64,000 nt of DNA, taken from assembly GCA_963847225.1 (NCBI GenBank), contig CAWJYZ010000003.1:819763-883762 (forward strand), written 5' to 3'. Below the pieces are notes generated by a model. It saw nothing but the letters and a program-made list of their open reading frames with translations. It searched no databases and was not told the DNA's origin. This document shows positions 9,254 through 18,196 of the stretch, in pieces (the first letter of the stretch is position 1; the number at the start of each line of letters is the position of its first letter). Both the position numbers and the translations under genes were made by a program. The DNA comes from an uncultured bacterium (GTDB lineage Bacteria; Chloroflexota; Dormibacteria; Aeolococcales; Aeolococcaceae).

Positions 9254-10020
9254 GCCTCCCGCCGACCCTCCCGCCCGGCGGTGTCCTGGCGATAGAAGTC
9301 GCGGCAGACCGCGTACAGGTTCGGCTTCTGCGCCTGCAGGGCGAGGGGGAGGTCGAAGAAGACCTCGGTCACCACGGCGAAGAACTCGCCGGGGTTCTCG
9401 CCCGCATAGGGGTGAAGGAGCTCGTCTCCCGGACCGCGGCGGATGCGCTCGTACTCCGCCTGGCACACCTCGATCCAGCGCCGGTAGTCAGCCTCGGATT
9501 CCAGTGGTGGGGTCCCGTCCACCGAGCCGCCCAGCATGTCCAGCTTGTGGGCGAACTCGTGGTACACGACATTGCCGCCGCGCTCCGGGTGCAGGGCGTC
9601 GCGCCGGGCGGCGTCCCAGGCGATGAGCACCGGCCCGTCGTAGCGCGCCTGACCGATGATCCAGTCCGGGTCATTCGTGTACAGGCCATCGCCGACAGGG
9701 CGGTTGCCCTCGAGGGCGACCGTCGAGGGCGCGACGATGATCGAGGTCACCCGGTGGTAGTAGTCGTAGTCCAGGCCGAGGACGAGCAAAGAGGCCATGG
9801 CGGCGATGAGGATGCGCATCTCCTCGGTGAGGGTGAAACCGTTGGTGGCCTCCCAGTACTTGTCGACGAGGATGACCCGGATGAGATCCTCGAGGCGGCG
9901 GCGCTCTGCGGCGTCGAGCGTGCGCCAGTGGACGAAGCTCCGCGTCAGAAGCTCCCGCCACGCCTCGGGGAAGGGTCGACGCAGGGCGTCGCGACGGCGG
10001 CCCCGATGGGTGAGCGGCAT
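9250..10020 (-). CDS. MtfA-like M90 zinc metallopeptidase
   Basis: NVVYHEFAHKLD and YAGENPGEFFAVVTEVFF. Confidence 0.92.
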   Translation of the reverse strand: MPLTHRGRRRDALRRPFPEAWRELLTRSFVHWRTLDAAERRRLEDLIRVILVDKYWEATNGFTLTEEMRILIAAMASLLVLGLDYDYYHRVTSIIVAPSTVALEGNRPVGDGLYTNDPDWIIGQARYDGPVLIAWDAARRDALHPERGGNVVYHEFAHKLDMLGGSVDGTPPLESEADYRRWIEVCQAEYERIRRGPGDELLHPYAGENPGEFFAVVTEVFFDLPLALQAQKPNLYAVCRDFYRQDTAGREGRREA

Positions 10021-10074
10021 CGCCGCCATTGTGGGGGAGGCGGAGCCCCGGGGCCCCGCGCCCCGGTCGGCCGG

Positions 10075-10973
10075 TCAGCGTCGCCGTCCTCCATCCGCCG
10101 GTCGTTGCGCGCGGGCCTCCCCGGCGATGAGCGCCTGATCGACGGCGTCGTGGTCGGGTCGATATCCGACCGCCTGGTAGATGGAGTTGGATGTCGGGTT
10201 GCCGAGGTCGGTGTAGAGGATGACGTCCCGCGCCCCCTCGAGCAGGGCCGCGGCGGTGGCGGCGGCCGTGATCGCCGCGCCGTAGCCGTGGCGCCGGTGC
10301 TCCGGAGGCGTGGAGACGGGCGCCACCCTGGCGACCCCGGCCACGGCGGCACTGTGACCGGCGAGCGACAGACGTCGACCGCCTGCGCACCACAGCCAGA
10401 GCTGCCCGCCCGGCAGGCGGCGATCCACGGTGGCGGCGGAGGTCTCGCCCGCCCGGTTCGGCGTCGCCTCGGCCTGGAAGCGGTCCAACCAGGCGACGAG
10501 CAGTCTGCGGTCCGCGGCCCGGGCGGGCCGAGCCGACCCGCCGACCGCTGCGGGTGGGTCGAGGGTACCGAGGCGGTACACCCGCTGCTGCATGACAGCC
10601 TCGAGCGCGCACCGGTCCGCCGCCGCCAGGCCGCGACGAACTCGGCGACGGCGCCCGCCTCCCCGTTCACGCCGTCCACGGCGCGGCCAGCGCCGATCAG
10701 GGTCAACGCGATCGCCGAGGCCACCCCGTGAGGAAGCCGGGGGAGGAAGACGTGGTGGGGCGGCGCGTGCATGGCCGCCCCCACGATCTCCCCGCGATCC
10801 CAGACCGCGATCCAGAGGTCCTCTCCTTCCCGTCGCCGCAAGCCCCGGAGGACACCGTCGAGGCGGACCCCGATGACGTTGGTGGTGAAGGGGTCGGTCG
10901 AGAGCCATCTCCCGACGAGATCGGCGAAACGGCGGGGATCCTCAAGCAGGTCCACGTCCGCGACACGGTCCAT
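10075..10973 (-). CDS. GNAT acetyltransferase (frameshift near 10597)
   Basis: C-terminal TPPEHRRHGYG and NPTSNSIYQAVGY; the N-terminal half lies in a different frame. Confidence 0.8.
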
Positions 10974-10999
10974 CAACGCCCGCTTCGGCCGTCCGCCGG

Positions 11000-11494
11000 C
11001 TAGTGCCAGGACTCCAGCCGGCGCCAGACGAGAACCGTGGCCACGAGGAGCACGCTCGTGCCGGCGAGCGTCAGGTAGAAGCCGGGCCCGAAGTAGGCGG
11101 CAGAGTTGGTGGATGCCGCCTCGGACTGCCAGTCGATGTAGTCGACGATCACCCCGACCAGCATCACGAAGCTCACGGCGGCCGCGCCCAGCTTCGTGTA
11201 CATGCCGGCCCGGCGACGGGTGAGCAGCCCGGCCAGCAACGCGGAGAGCGCCGCGCCGCCGATGACCCAGGTCTCGACGTCGATGCCGTACAGCGTGCGG
11301 TACGCCCTGGCCGTGGGCACCCAGCGCTGATGTCAGGGGAGGCCCAGGGAGACGGCGAAGGCCGCCGCAGCGATGACCAGCAGGATCAGCACGTCGAACC
11401 CAGCCCTGGCGGCGCTGTCCAGATGCGGCGAGCGTCCGGCGGCCACGGGAGATCGGAGCCCGGTTGGCTCGCCCGACTCAGGGTGGCCGGCCAT
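11000..11494 (-). pseudogene. Membrane protein with an in-frame TGA at 11333-11335
   Basis: ATG 11494 ...AVSLGLP*HQRW... continues in frame into hydrophobic helices ending GPGFYL. Confidence 0.6.
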
Positions 11495-11532
11495 GGTGGG
11501 GGAGAGGAGAGCTGATACCGCGCAGCGGCGGC

Positions 11533-12522
11533 TCAGGCGACGCCGGTGGTCTCACCGCGTCGCATAGCCTCGCGAAGCTGCGCCGGATTGATGTTGGCCC
11601 CGGTGCAGATGATGGCCACCCGACGCCCCCTGAGCCGTGGCTGGAGAGCCGGGTCGAGGGCCGCGGCGAGGCCGGCGGCGCCGGATGGCTCGACGAGGGT
11701 GCGCGTCTTCTCCACCATCACGCGGGTCGCGCGAAGGAGGTCGTCATCCTCCACGAGGACGAAATCACCGAGAAGCTCGCGGAGGATCCCCTGGGTGAGC
11801 TCGAAGGCGGTGCCGGTGGCGAGGCCCTCGGCGAGGGTGGTGTTGCTCCGCTCCACGAGGTGGCCACTGCGCCAGGAGTTGTGGGCGGCCGGCGCCCGCG
11901 CCGACTGCACCGCGATGACCTCGATGGCCGGATCGACGGCCCGGCTGACGATGCACGCTCCGGAGGCGCCGCTGCCTCCGCCGAGGGGAACCAGGATCGT
12001 GTCGATGCCGGGCCGCTCCTCGAGAATCTCCAGGGTGTGCGTCGCCACGCCGGCGATGAGATCCGGCTCGTTGGCGGCGTGGACGTACCGCCAGCCCCGC
12101 TCGGTGGCGACCGCCTCGCAGCGGAGCCGGGCCTCGTCGAAGTTCCGCCCCACCAGGACGACCTCGGCGCCGAGATCGCGCATCGCCTCGACCTTGACGG
12201 GGTTGGCTCCCTCGGGGGCGAAGACGGTGGCTGGGAAGCCGAAGCGCCGGGCCGCATAGGCGATGGACTGTCCGTGATTGCCGGTCGTCGCAGTGACGAC
12301 GCCGGGCGGGCGGGCTCCTTCGCCGAGCCGGCGCAGGAGGTTGATGCCGCCCCGGACCTTGAAGGCGCCGGTCGGCAGAAGGTTCTCGTGCTTCACCCAA
12401 ACCTCGGTGCCGACCAGGCGGTCGAGGGCGGGGTAGGAGCGCGGTGGGCTCGGGGAGAGGTGGGGACGGATCCGCTCTCGTGCCGCCAGCACATCCTTCA
12501 AGGTCGGGGAGGTGAGCGGCAT
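11533..12522 (-). CDS. PLP-dependent threonine/serine dehydratase
   Basis: KHENLLPTGAFKVRG, GNHGQ, PLGGG and EPSGA. Confidence 0.93.
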   Translation of the reverse strand: MPLTSPTLKDVLAARERIRPHLSPSPPRSYPALDRLVGTEVWVKHENLLPTGAFKVRGGINLLRRLGEGARPPGVVTATTGNHGQSIAYAARRFGFPATVFAPEGANPVKVEAMRDLGAEVVLVGRNFDEARLRCEAVATERGWRYVHAANEPDLIAGVATHTLEILEERPGIDTILVPLGGGSGASGACIVSRAVDPAIEVIAVQSARAPAAHNSWRSGHLVERSNTTLAEGLATGTAFELTQGILRELLGDFVLVEDDDLLRATRVMVEKTRTLVEPSGAAGLAAALDPALQPRLRGRRVAIICTGANINPAQLREAMRRGETTGVA

Positions 12523-12589
12523 TCCGGGAATGGTAAGAGACGCGGGGGCACGGATCGGACGCTCCTGGCCTCTTGGACGTCAGCCGGCC

Positions 12590-12844
12590 ATGGCATCTGC
12601 GAGAATCGAGCCGCTCCCAACCGCGATCAGCCTGAGGTATCCCTGGGTGGCCGTCCTCGACCCCTGTGACAACTGCGGACGCCTGACGCCCATCTACCGC
12701 CTCGCCGGGGTCATCCTCGACGGGAGGATCGCCCGCGTGTGTCCGCGTTGCGCCTCCACGGAGAAGGAGAGGATCGAGGTCCCCTTCGCCCCCCGCCCCG
12801 ACCAGGGCGCCATCCAGCCGAGCACCGCTCGCGACGTCTGGTGA
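12590..12844 (+). CDS. Small zinc-ribbon protein
   Basis: CDNC...CPRC; stop overlaps the pyrF start (GTGA). Confidence 0.65.
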   Translation: MASARIEPLPTAISLRYPWVAVLDPCDNCGRLTPIYRLAGVILDGRIARVCPRCASTEKERIEVPFAPRPDQGAIQPSTARDVW

Positions 12845-13635
12845 GCCCGGAGCCGTTCTCCGCCCGGCTGGCCGCGCGGAGCCGTGAGCTCGGCACCCTT
12901 CTCTGCCTCGGCCTCGATCCCGCGGGTGCCACTGACGCCGTCCAGGCCGAACGGTTCTGCATGGCGGCGCTGGAAGCCGCCCTGCCCAGCGTGGTCGCGG
13001 TGAAGCCTCAGCTCGCCTTCTTTGAGCGCCTGGGCTCCGCGGGCATCGCCGTCCTGGAGCGGATCCGCCGCCGCATCCCCACCGACCGCGTGGTGGTCCT
13101 CGACGCCAAGCGGGGCGACATCGGCAGCACTTCGGAGGCCTACGCCGAAGCCCTCTTCGACCGCTGGGGGGCAGACGCCGTGACGGTGAACCCGCTTCTC
13201 GGTGGTGACGCCGTCGCACCCTTCCTGCGCCGGCCGGGGACGGCCGCTCTCGTGCTGACCCGGACCAGCAACCCGGGGGCGGCCGACCTCCTCGAGGCGC
13301 CCCAGGCCGACGGCCGGCCCCTCTATACACGCATCGTGGAATTGGCCCTCACCTGGGGGGGCGCTGCGGAGGTCGGTTTCGTCGTCGGCGCCACCGCTCC
13401 CCGAGCGATCGCCGAGATCCGCGCTCTCGCCCCGCGCGCCCCCCTCCTCCTCCCCGGCGTGGGGGCCCAGGGGGGAGATCTGGAAGCCTCGGTCGCCGCC
13501 GGGCTCGACGCCGATGGCGCCGCCATCCTTGTCTCCGTCTCCCGCGGGATCACCGGCGCGGCGGACCCAGCGGGGATGGCGGTGGAGTTCCGCCGGCGCA
13601 TCGAGGCCGCACGCGCCGCCGCCGTCAGCGGATGA
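12841..13635 (+). CDS. pyrF: Orotidine-5'-phosphate decarboxylase
   Basis: LCLGLDP, DAKRGDIGST, RTSNPG, VVGAT and PGVGAQGG. Confidence 0.95.
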   Translation: MSPEPFSARLAARSRELGTLLCLGLDPAGATDAVQAERFCMAALEAALPSVVAVKPQLAFFERLGSAGIAVLERIRRRIPTDRVVVLDAKRGDIGSTSEAYAEALFDRWGADAVTVNPLLGGDAVAPFLRRPGTAALVLTRTSNPGAADLLEAPQADGRPLYTRIVELALTWGGAAEVGFVVGATAPRAIAEIRALAPRAPLLLPGVGAQGGDLEASVAAGLDADGAAILVSVSRGITGAADPAGMAVEFRRRIEAARAAAVSG

Positions 13636-13648
13636 GAGCCGGTTAGCC

Positions 13649-14614
13649 GTGGGCGGGGTCACACCGCTCCTCATCGTCTCCACCGGACCGGAGCTGCAGC
13701 ACACCGCACCCGGCCATCCCGAGCGTCCGGATCGGGTGGCGGCCATCCTCGATCGCATCGCCGCGGACCCCCTCCTCGCGGCGCGCCCCCGCGGCCCGGC
13801 GATGGCCGCCGACGCGGCGACCGTCGAGCTGGCCCACACCGCGGAGCACGTCCTCGAGGTGCGCTCTCTGGCCGAAGGCGGCGGCGGCTGGATCGATGCC
13901 GACACCTACTGCACCCGGGCGAGCTACGAGGCTGCCCTGCGCTCCGCCGGTGCCGCCACCATGGCGGTGGCCGCCGTTCTCGACGGGCGGGCCACGCACG
14001 CCTTCTCGGTGAGCCGCCCTCCCGGCCACCACGCCACGGCTGACACCGCCATGGGATTCTGTCTCTTCAACAACGCAGCCATCGCCGTGCGCCTTGCCCG
14101 GCGGCGGGGCGCCCAGCGCATCGCCGTCGTCGACATCGACGTCCATCACGGCAACGGGACGGAGGAGATCTTCTGGGAGGACCCCGCCGTCCTCTACACC
14201 TCGATCCACGAGTCGCCGCTCTACCCTGGGACGGGTCCTGCCACGGCCCGGGGTGGCGCCCAGGCCGAGGGCGCCACCCTCAACCTGCCGGTGGCACCGG
14301 GCACGACCGGCGACGAGTGGTTGGAGAAGTTCGACGCGGCGCTCCTTCCCGCCGTCCGCGCGCATCGCCCCGACCTCATCGTGGTGAGCGCCGGCTACGA
14401 CGCTCACGAGGCCGACCCCCTGGCCTCCCTGCGCCTCACCGCAGCGACGTACGCGGGCGCGGCGGAAAGGATCGATTCGTACTGCGCGGAACGCGGGATC
14501 GGCTCGGTGTGGCTCCTCGAAGGCGGCTACGACCTGCCCGCGCTCGCCGACTCAGTGGCGGCGACACTGCACACGCTGCTCGGACGATCCCCACTGGAGG
14601 CCTCCGGCCGTTAA
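13649..14614 (+). CDS. Histone-deacetylase-family protein
   Basis: HPERP, RPPGHHA, DIDVHHGNGT, SAGYD and LEGGY. Confidence 0.95.
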   Translation: MGGVTPLLIVSTGPELQHTAPGHPERPDRVAAILDRIAADPLLAARPRGPAMAADAATVELAHTAEHVLEVRSLAEGGGGWIDADTYCTRASYEAALRSAGAATMAVAAVLDGRATHAFSVSRPPGHHATADTAMGFCLFNNAAIAVRLARRRGAQRIAVVDIDVHHGNGTEEIFWEDPAVLYTSIHESPLYPGTGPATARGGAQAEGATLNLPVAPGTTGDEWLEKFDAALLPAVRAHRPDLIVVSAGYDAHEADPLASLRLTAATYAGAAERIDSYCAERGIGSVWLLEGGYDLPALADSVAATLHTLLGRSPLEASGR

Positions 14615-14624
14615 CGTCTCACCG

Positions 14625-15518
14625 ATGCTCTCCGCCCCGCGCCTCCGCCGCGTCGCCGCCAGCGCCGCCGCCGCCACGGCCCTCCTGCTCAGCGGCTGCA
14701 GCCTCCTCTCCTCGTCACCCACCCCGGGTGGCGTGGCCACCAATCCTCCGGGAACGCCACTCACGGGAACGGTGACCGCCACCCCCGCCTCCGGCGGTTC
14801 GTCGAGCGCCGCGGCGCAGTCCGCGGGCACCCGCACGGTTCTGGCCACGCTGGGCCTCAGGATGCACAGCTCGCCGTCGCTCTCGGCCAAACCCGTCGGG
14901 GTCCTCAGCTGGGGGGACCAGGTGACCGTCAAGAGCTACGACCGGAGCGGCGGTCCGTGGCCGAACTCCACCACCCCCGCCGCCTGGTACCAGGTGCAGG
15001 GGGCAACGGTCACCGGCTGGATCATCGCCGATCCCACTCTGACCGCCGCCGGGACCCTCAACTCCATCAACTTCGGCGACAAGCACATCGACGGCCTGCT
15101 CTATCCGGCCGACTGGACCTACGCCGACGACCCCGGGGAGATCCTCCTCCAGCCGCAGACGGGGAGTGACCGACCGAGCATCGCCATCCGCGTCGCCGCC
15201 GGGCTCTCCGCGCTGGGCCAGGCGGGGATCAACGGCTATACGCCGGTCACGAGCAACCCGAGGGCCGTGGTCTGCGGGTACACGGGCACGGAGGTCGAGT
15301 ACCGCGCTCCATCCGGCGCCTCCGCCGCGCCCACCACCGACGCCGGGGGAGGCCAGGTAACCCGGCTTGCCTCCTTCGTACAGTTCCGCGCCACCCTGCA
15401 GAAGACGCCCCCGGTCGCCATCGACATCGAGATGAACTACGCGAGCGGCGACCAGGAGGCGGTGTTCACGAACCTGCTTAACAGCATCCGTTATCCCTAC
15501 CCGCTCTGCGAGAAGTGA
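14625..15518 (+). CDS. SH3b-domain lipoprotein
   Basis: Lipobox LSGC; GLRMHSSPS...WYQV...GWI SH3b-like pattern. Confidence 0.7.
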   Translation: MLSAPRLRRVAASAAAATALLLSGCSLLSSSPTPGGVATNPPGTPLTGTVTATPASGGSSSAAAQSAGTRTVLATLGLRMHSSPSLSAKPVGVLSWGDQVTVKSYDRSGGPWPNSTTPAAWYQVQGATVTGWIIADPTLTAAGTLNSINFGDKHIDGLLYPADWTYADDPGEILLQPQTGSDRPSIAIRVAAGLSALGQAGINGYTPVTSNPRAVVCGYTGTEVEYRAPSGASAAPTTDAGGGQVTRLASFVQFRATLQKTPPVAIDIEMNYASGDQEAVFTNLLNSIRYPYPLCEK

Positions 15519-15916
15519 GAACGACCCTCCTCGACGTCGATATGCGCCGCCGGCAGGTCGCCGACATCACCGATGAGGTCGAGGGGTGGACGGAGGGGGG
15601 AGGGGACGGGCTGCTCTCCGTCTTCGCCCCCCATGCCACCGCGGGGGTGGCGCTGATGGAGACGGGGAGCGGTTCGGAGCCGGACCTCGTCGCCGCCCTG
15701 GAGCGGCTGCTCCCCCGGGACGACCGCTACCGGCACCGCCACGGCTCGCCGGGACACGGCGCCGACCACCTCCTCCCGGCGCTGGTCGCCCCCTCCCTCA
15801 GCGTGCCGGTGGAGGGGGGAAGGCTGCTCCTCGGCACCTGGCAGCGCATCGTGCTCGTGAGCCTCAACCGGGACAACCCCCGGCGGCGGGTTCGCCTCTC
15901 CTTTCTCGAGGGCTGA
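15515..15916 (+). CDS. yjbQ: YjbQ family protein (UPF0047)
   Basis: HATAG, YRH..G.GADH and LLGTWQ. Confidence 0.9.
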   Translation: MRTTLLDVDMRRRQVADITDEVEGWTEGGGDGLLSVFAPHATAGVALMETGSGSEPDLVAALERLLPRDDRYRHRHGSPGHGADHLLPALVAPSLSVPVEGGRLLLGTWQRIVLVSLNRDNPRRRVRLSFLEG

Positions 15917-15940
15917 GCCTCGGGGAGCCGGGCGGAAGCC

Positions 15941-17023
15941 TCAGAAATGGCCGGCCCCGCCGCCCACCAACGGCTGAATGGAGGCGTTGGAGAGGCTCAT
16001 GAAGAGTCCGCTCAGCGCCACGAGAGCGATGTAGGCGGTGCCGATGGCGACCCGCGTCACCACCGGGAGGGGAGGAGCCTCGCGGCCCAGCCGGGCGGCC
16101 TTGAAGCGGTGCCACACCGAATAGCAGGCGAAGAGAAAGAAGAGGAGGAGGAAGGGGTTGAAGGACGTCACGTTCGCTGCCATGGCCAGGAGGATGGCGC
16201 CGAAGATGACGAGGCCCACGACATTGAACCACTTGCTGATGGCGCTCGTCACCCTCCCTCCGTCGAAGGGCACGGCCGGGATGAGGTTGAAGAGGGTGAT
16301 GAAGAAGCCGAAGTAGCTGAGGGCGTAGGCCAACGCGGCCCCCTGGGTGAGCACGGGCTGGAGGGAGGCCCAGGCGAAGACGGCGAGGCTGGCGGCGAAG
16401 CCGAAGACCGGTCCGGCGGCGGCGATCACCGCCTCGGTGCTCCGGCTGCGCTGGAAGCCCTGACCAGCCTGGGTGAAGGCGCCGAGGAAGGGCACGAAGA
16501 CCGGAGCCGACATGGGGACGCCGAGGGCCCGGGAGACCAGGAAGTGCCCCATCTCGTGGATGAAGATGAGGATGACGATCCCGATGGCAATGGCCCAGCC
16601 GAAGAACAGAGCGTAGGCGACGACGGCCACTGCCATGGAGACGAAGGTGAAGCCGAACTTTCCGAAGGCGAGCCCGTACTTGACGAAGGCGATGAGGGCG
16701 GCGACGAGGCCGCCCGCCGCTCCGCCCCGGCGCCGGGTCGGCGCCCCCGTCCGGCGCTGCGGGCCGGGCGGCGCGGGCTGCTCCCCGCCCCCCCAGCCGG
16801 GAGGGAGATAGCCCGGGGGCGCAGGGGGGTAGCCGGGCGGTGCGGACGGGTGGCCGGGCGGTGCGGACGGGTAGCCGGGCGGCGGGTACCAGGTGCCGGG
16901 ATGCTGCCCGTACCCGGGCGGCGGCCCCCACCCCGGGCGGGGGCTGTGTGGGCTCTGCGGCGACCGGGCATCGTCCGGCGGCGGTGGCCCCACGGGTCCC
17001 GGGGTGGGCATCCATTCGTCCAT
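15941..17023 (-). CDS. Site-2 (M50) membrane protease with Pro-rich N-terminus
   Basis: HEMGH, AAGP and NLIPAVPFDGG. Confidence 0.92.
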   Translation of the reverse strand: MDEWMPTPGPVGPPPPDDARSPQSPHSPRPGWGPPPGYGQHPGTWYPPPGYPSAPPGHPSAPPGYPPAPPGYLPPGWGGGEQPAPPGPQRRTGAPTRRRGGAAGGLVAALIAFVKYGLAFGKFGFTFVSMAVAVVAYALFFGWAIAIGIVILIFIHEMGHFLVSRALGVPMSAPVFVPFLGAFTQAGQGFQRSRSTEAVIAAAGPVFGFAASLAVFAWASLQPVLTQGAALAYALSYFGFFITLFNLIPAVPFDGGRVTSAISKWFNVVGLVIFGAILLAMAANVTSFNPFLLLFFLFACYSVWHRFKAARLGREAPPLPVVTRVAIGTAYIALVALSGLFMSLSNASIQPLVGGGAGHF

Positions 17024-17121
17024 GCCGCGATGATCCCATGGCTCTGGGGCTGCACCCCGGGTGGCATCGGAGATTCCCCCGCGCGGGCGACCGGGCCGCG
17101 GCGGCCTGTATCGTCCCGGCG

Positions 17122-17988
17122 ATGGACGGCGCCGCCCTGCGCAGCTCCCGGATCGCCATTGTCGGCACCGGTGTCATGGCGGAAGCCATGCTCGCGGGCC
17201 TCCTCGCCCGAGACCTCGTCGACCCGGCGCTGATCACCTGCAGCCATCCGCGGGAGGAGCGCCGCCGCGAGCTGGCCGAGCGGCACGCGGTGCTCACCAC
17301 GAGCGGCAACGCCGAGGCATTGGGGGACGCCAACGTCATCCTCCTCGCCGTGAAGCCTCAGGTGCTGCGCACCGTCATGCCCGAGCTGCGGCCGGTGATG
17401 CGCGCCGATCAGCTCCTCATCAGCATCGTCGCCGGGGCCAGCACCCGCGCCCTCGGGGAGGGCCTCGGCCACCCGGCCATCGTCCGCTCCATGCCCAACA
17501 CCCCGGCGCAGATCGCCCAGGGCGTCACGGTGTGGTTCGCCACCCCGGCGGTCGACGCGGCGGGACGGGAAAGGACCAGGACCATGCTCTCCGCCCTCGG
17601 CCGGGAGTTCGAGGTCCATGACGAGCGCCAGGTGGCCATGGCCACCGCGGTGAGCGGCACCGGCCCCACCTACATCTTCCTGTTCATCGAGGCCCTCACC
17701 GACGCCGCCGTCCATCTCGGCTTTCCGCGCCATGTGGCCCGGGAGCTGGTGCTCGACACCATGCAGGGGTCGGCCGCCTTCGCCCTCGGCAGCGGCCGCC
17801 ACGTGGCTCAGCTCCGGGACATGGTGACCTCCCCCGGAGGCACCTCCGCGGCAGCCCTCTACGAGCTCGAGAAGGGCCGCCTGCGGACGGTGGTGAGCGA
17901 CGCGGTTTGGGCCGCGTTCGAACGCACTCTCGGCCTCGAGGCGGGTCTCGAGGGCCGGGCTCCCGAGCCCTCCTCGAGGCCCCGCTGA
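17122..17988 (+). CDS. proC: Pyrroline-5-carboxylate reductase
   Basis: GTGVMA, AVKPQ, RSMPNTP, SGTGP and VTSPGGT. Confidence 0.95.
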   Translation: MDGAALRSSRIAIVGTGVMAEAMLAGLLARDLVDPALITCSHPREERRRELAERHAVLTTSGNAEALGDANVILLAVKPQVLRTVMPELRPVMRADQLLISIVAGASTRALGEGLGHPAIVRSMPNTPAQIAQGVTVWFATPAVDAAGRERTRTMLSALGREFEVHDERQVAMATAVSGTGPTYIFLFIEALTDAAVHLGFPRHVARELVLDTMQGSAAFALGSGRHVAQLRDMVTSPGGTSAAALYELEKGRLRTVVSDAVWAAFERTLGLEAGLEGRAPEPSSRPR

Positions 17989-18196
17989 GCGGCCCGAGTG
18001 GGCTCCTCGGCCGCCCTGCCCGCCCTGGCCGCCCTTCGCGGCCCAGGACTGCCCCCAGCCCGGCGACGCCCGGGGTCACCCGGCCCATCGCAACCGGAAA
18101 CCCCCGAATATGGCCGCCACGTCAAGCGGCCGTGACGGCGTTCGAAGGCTTAGGCGCGTGTGAACTAATCTGGCGCCAGGGGGATTCGCCGCCCTC

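Noticed and set aside
16820-16890. 21-bp tandem repeats as a DNA element
   Set aside because: They encode the PPG(Y/H)PSA low-complexity N-terminus of the M50 protease.
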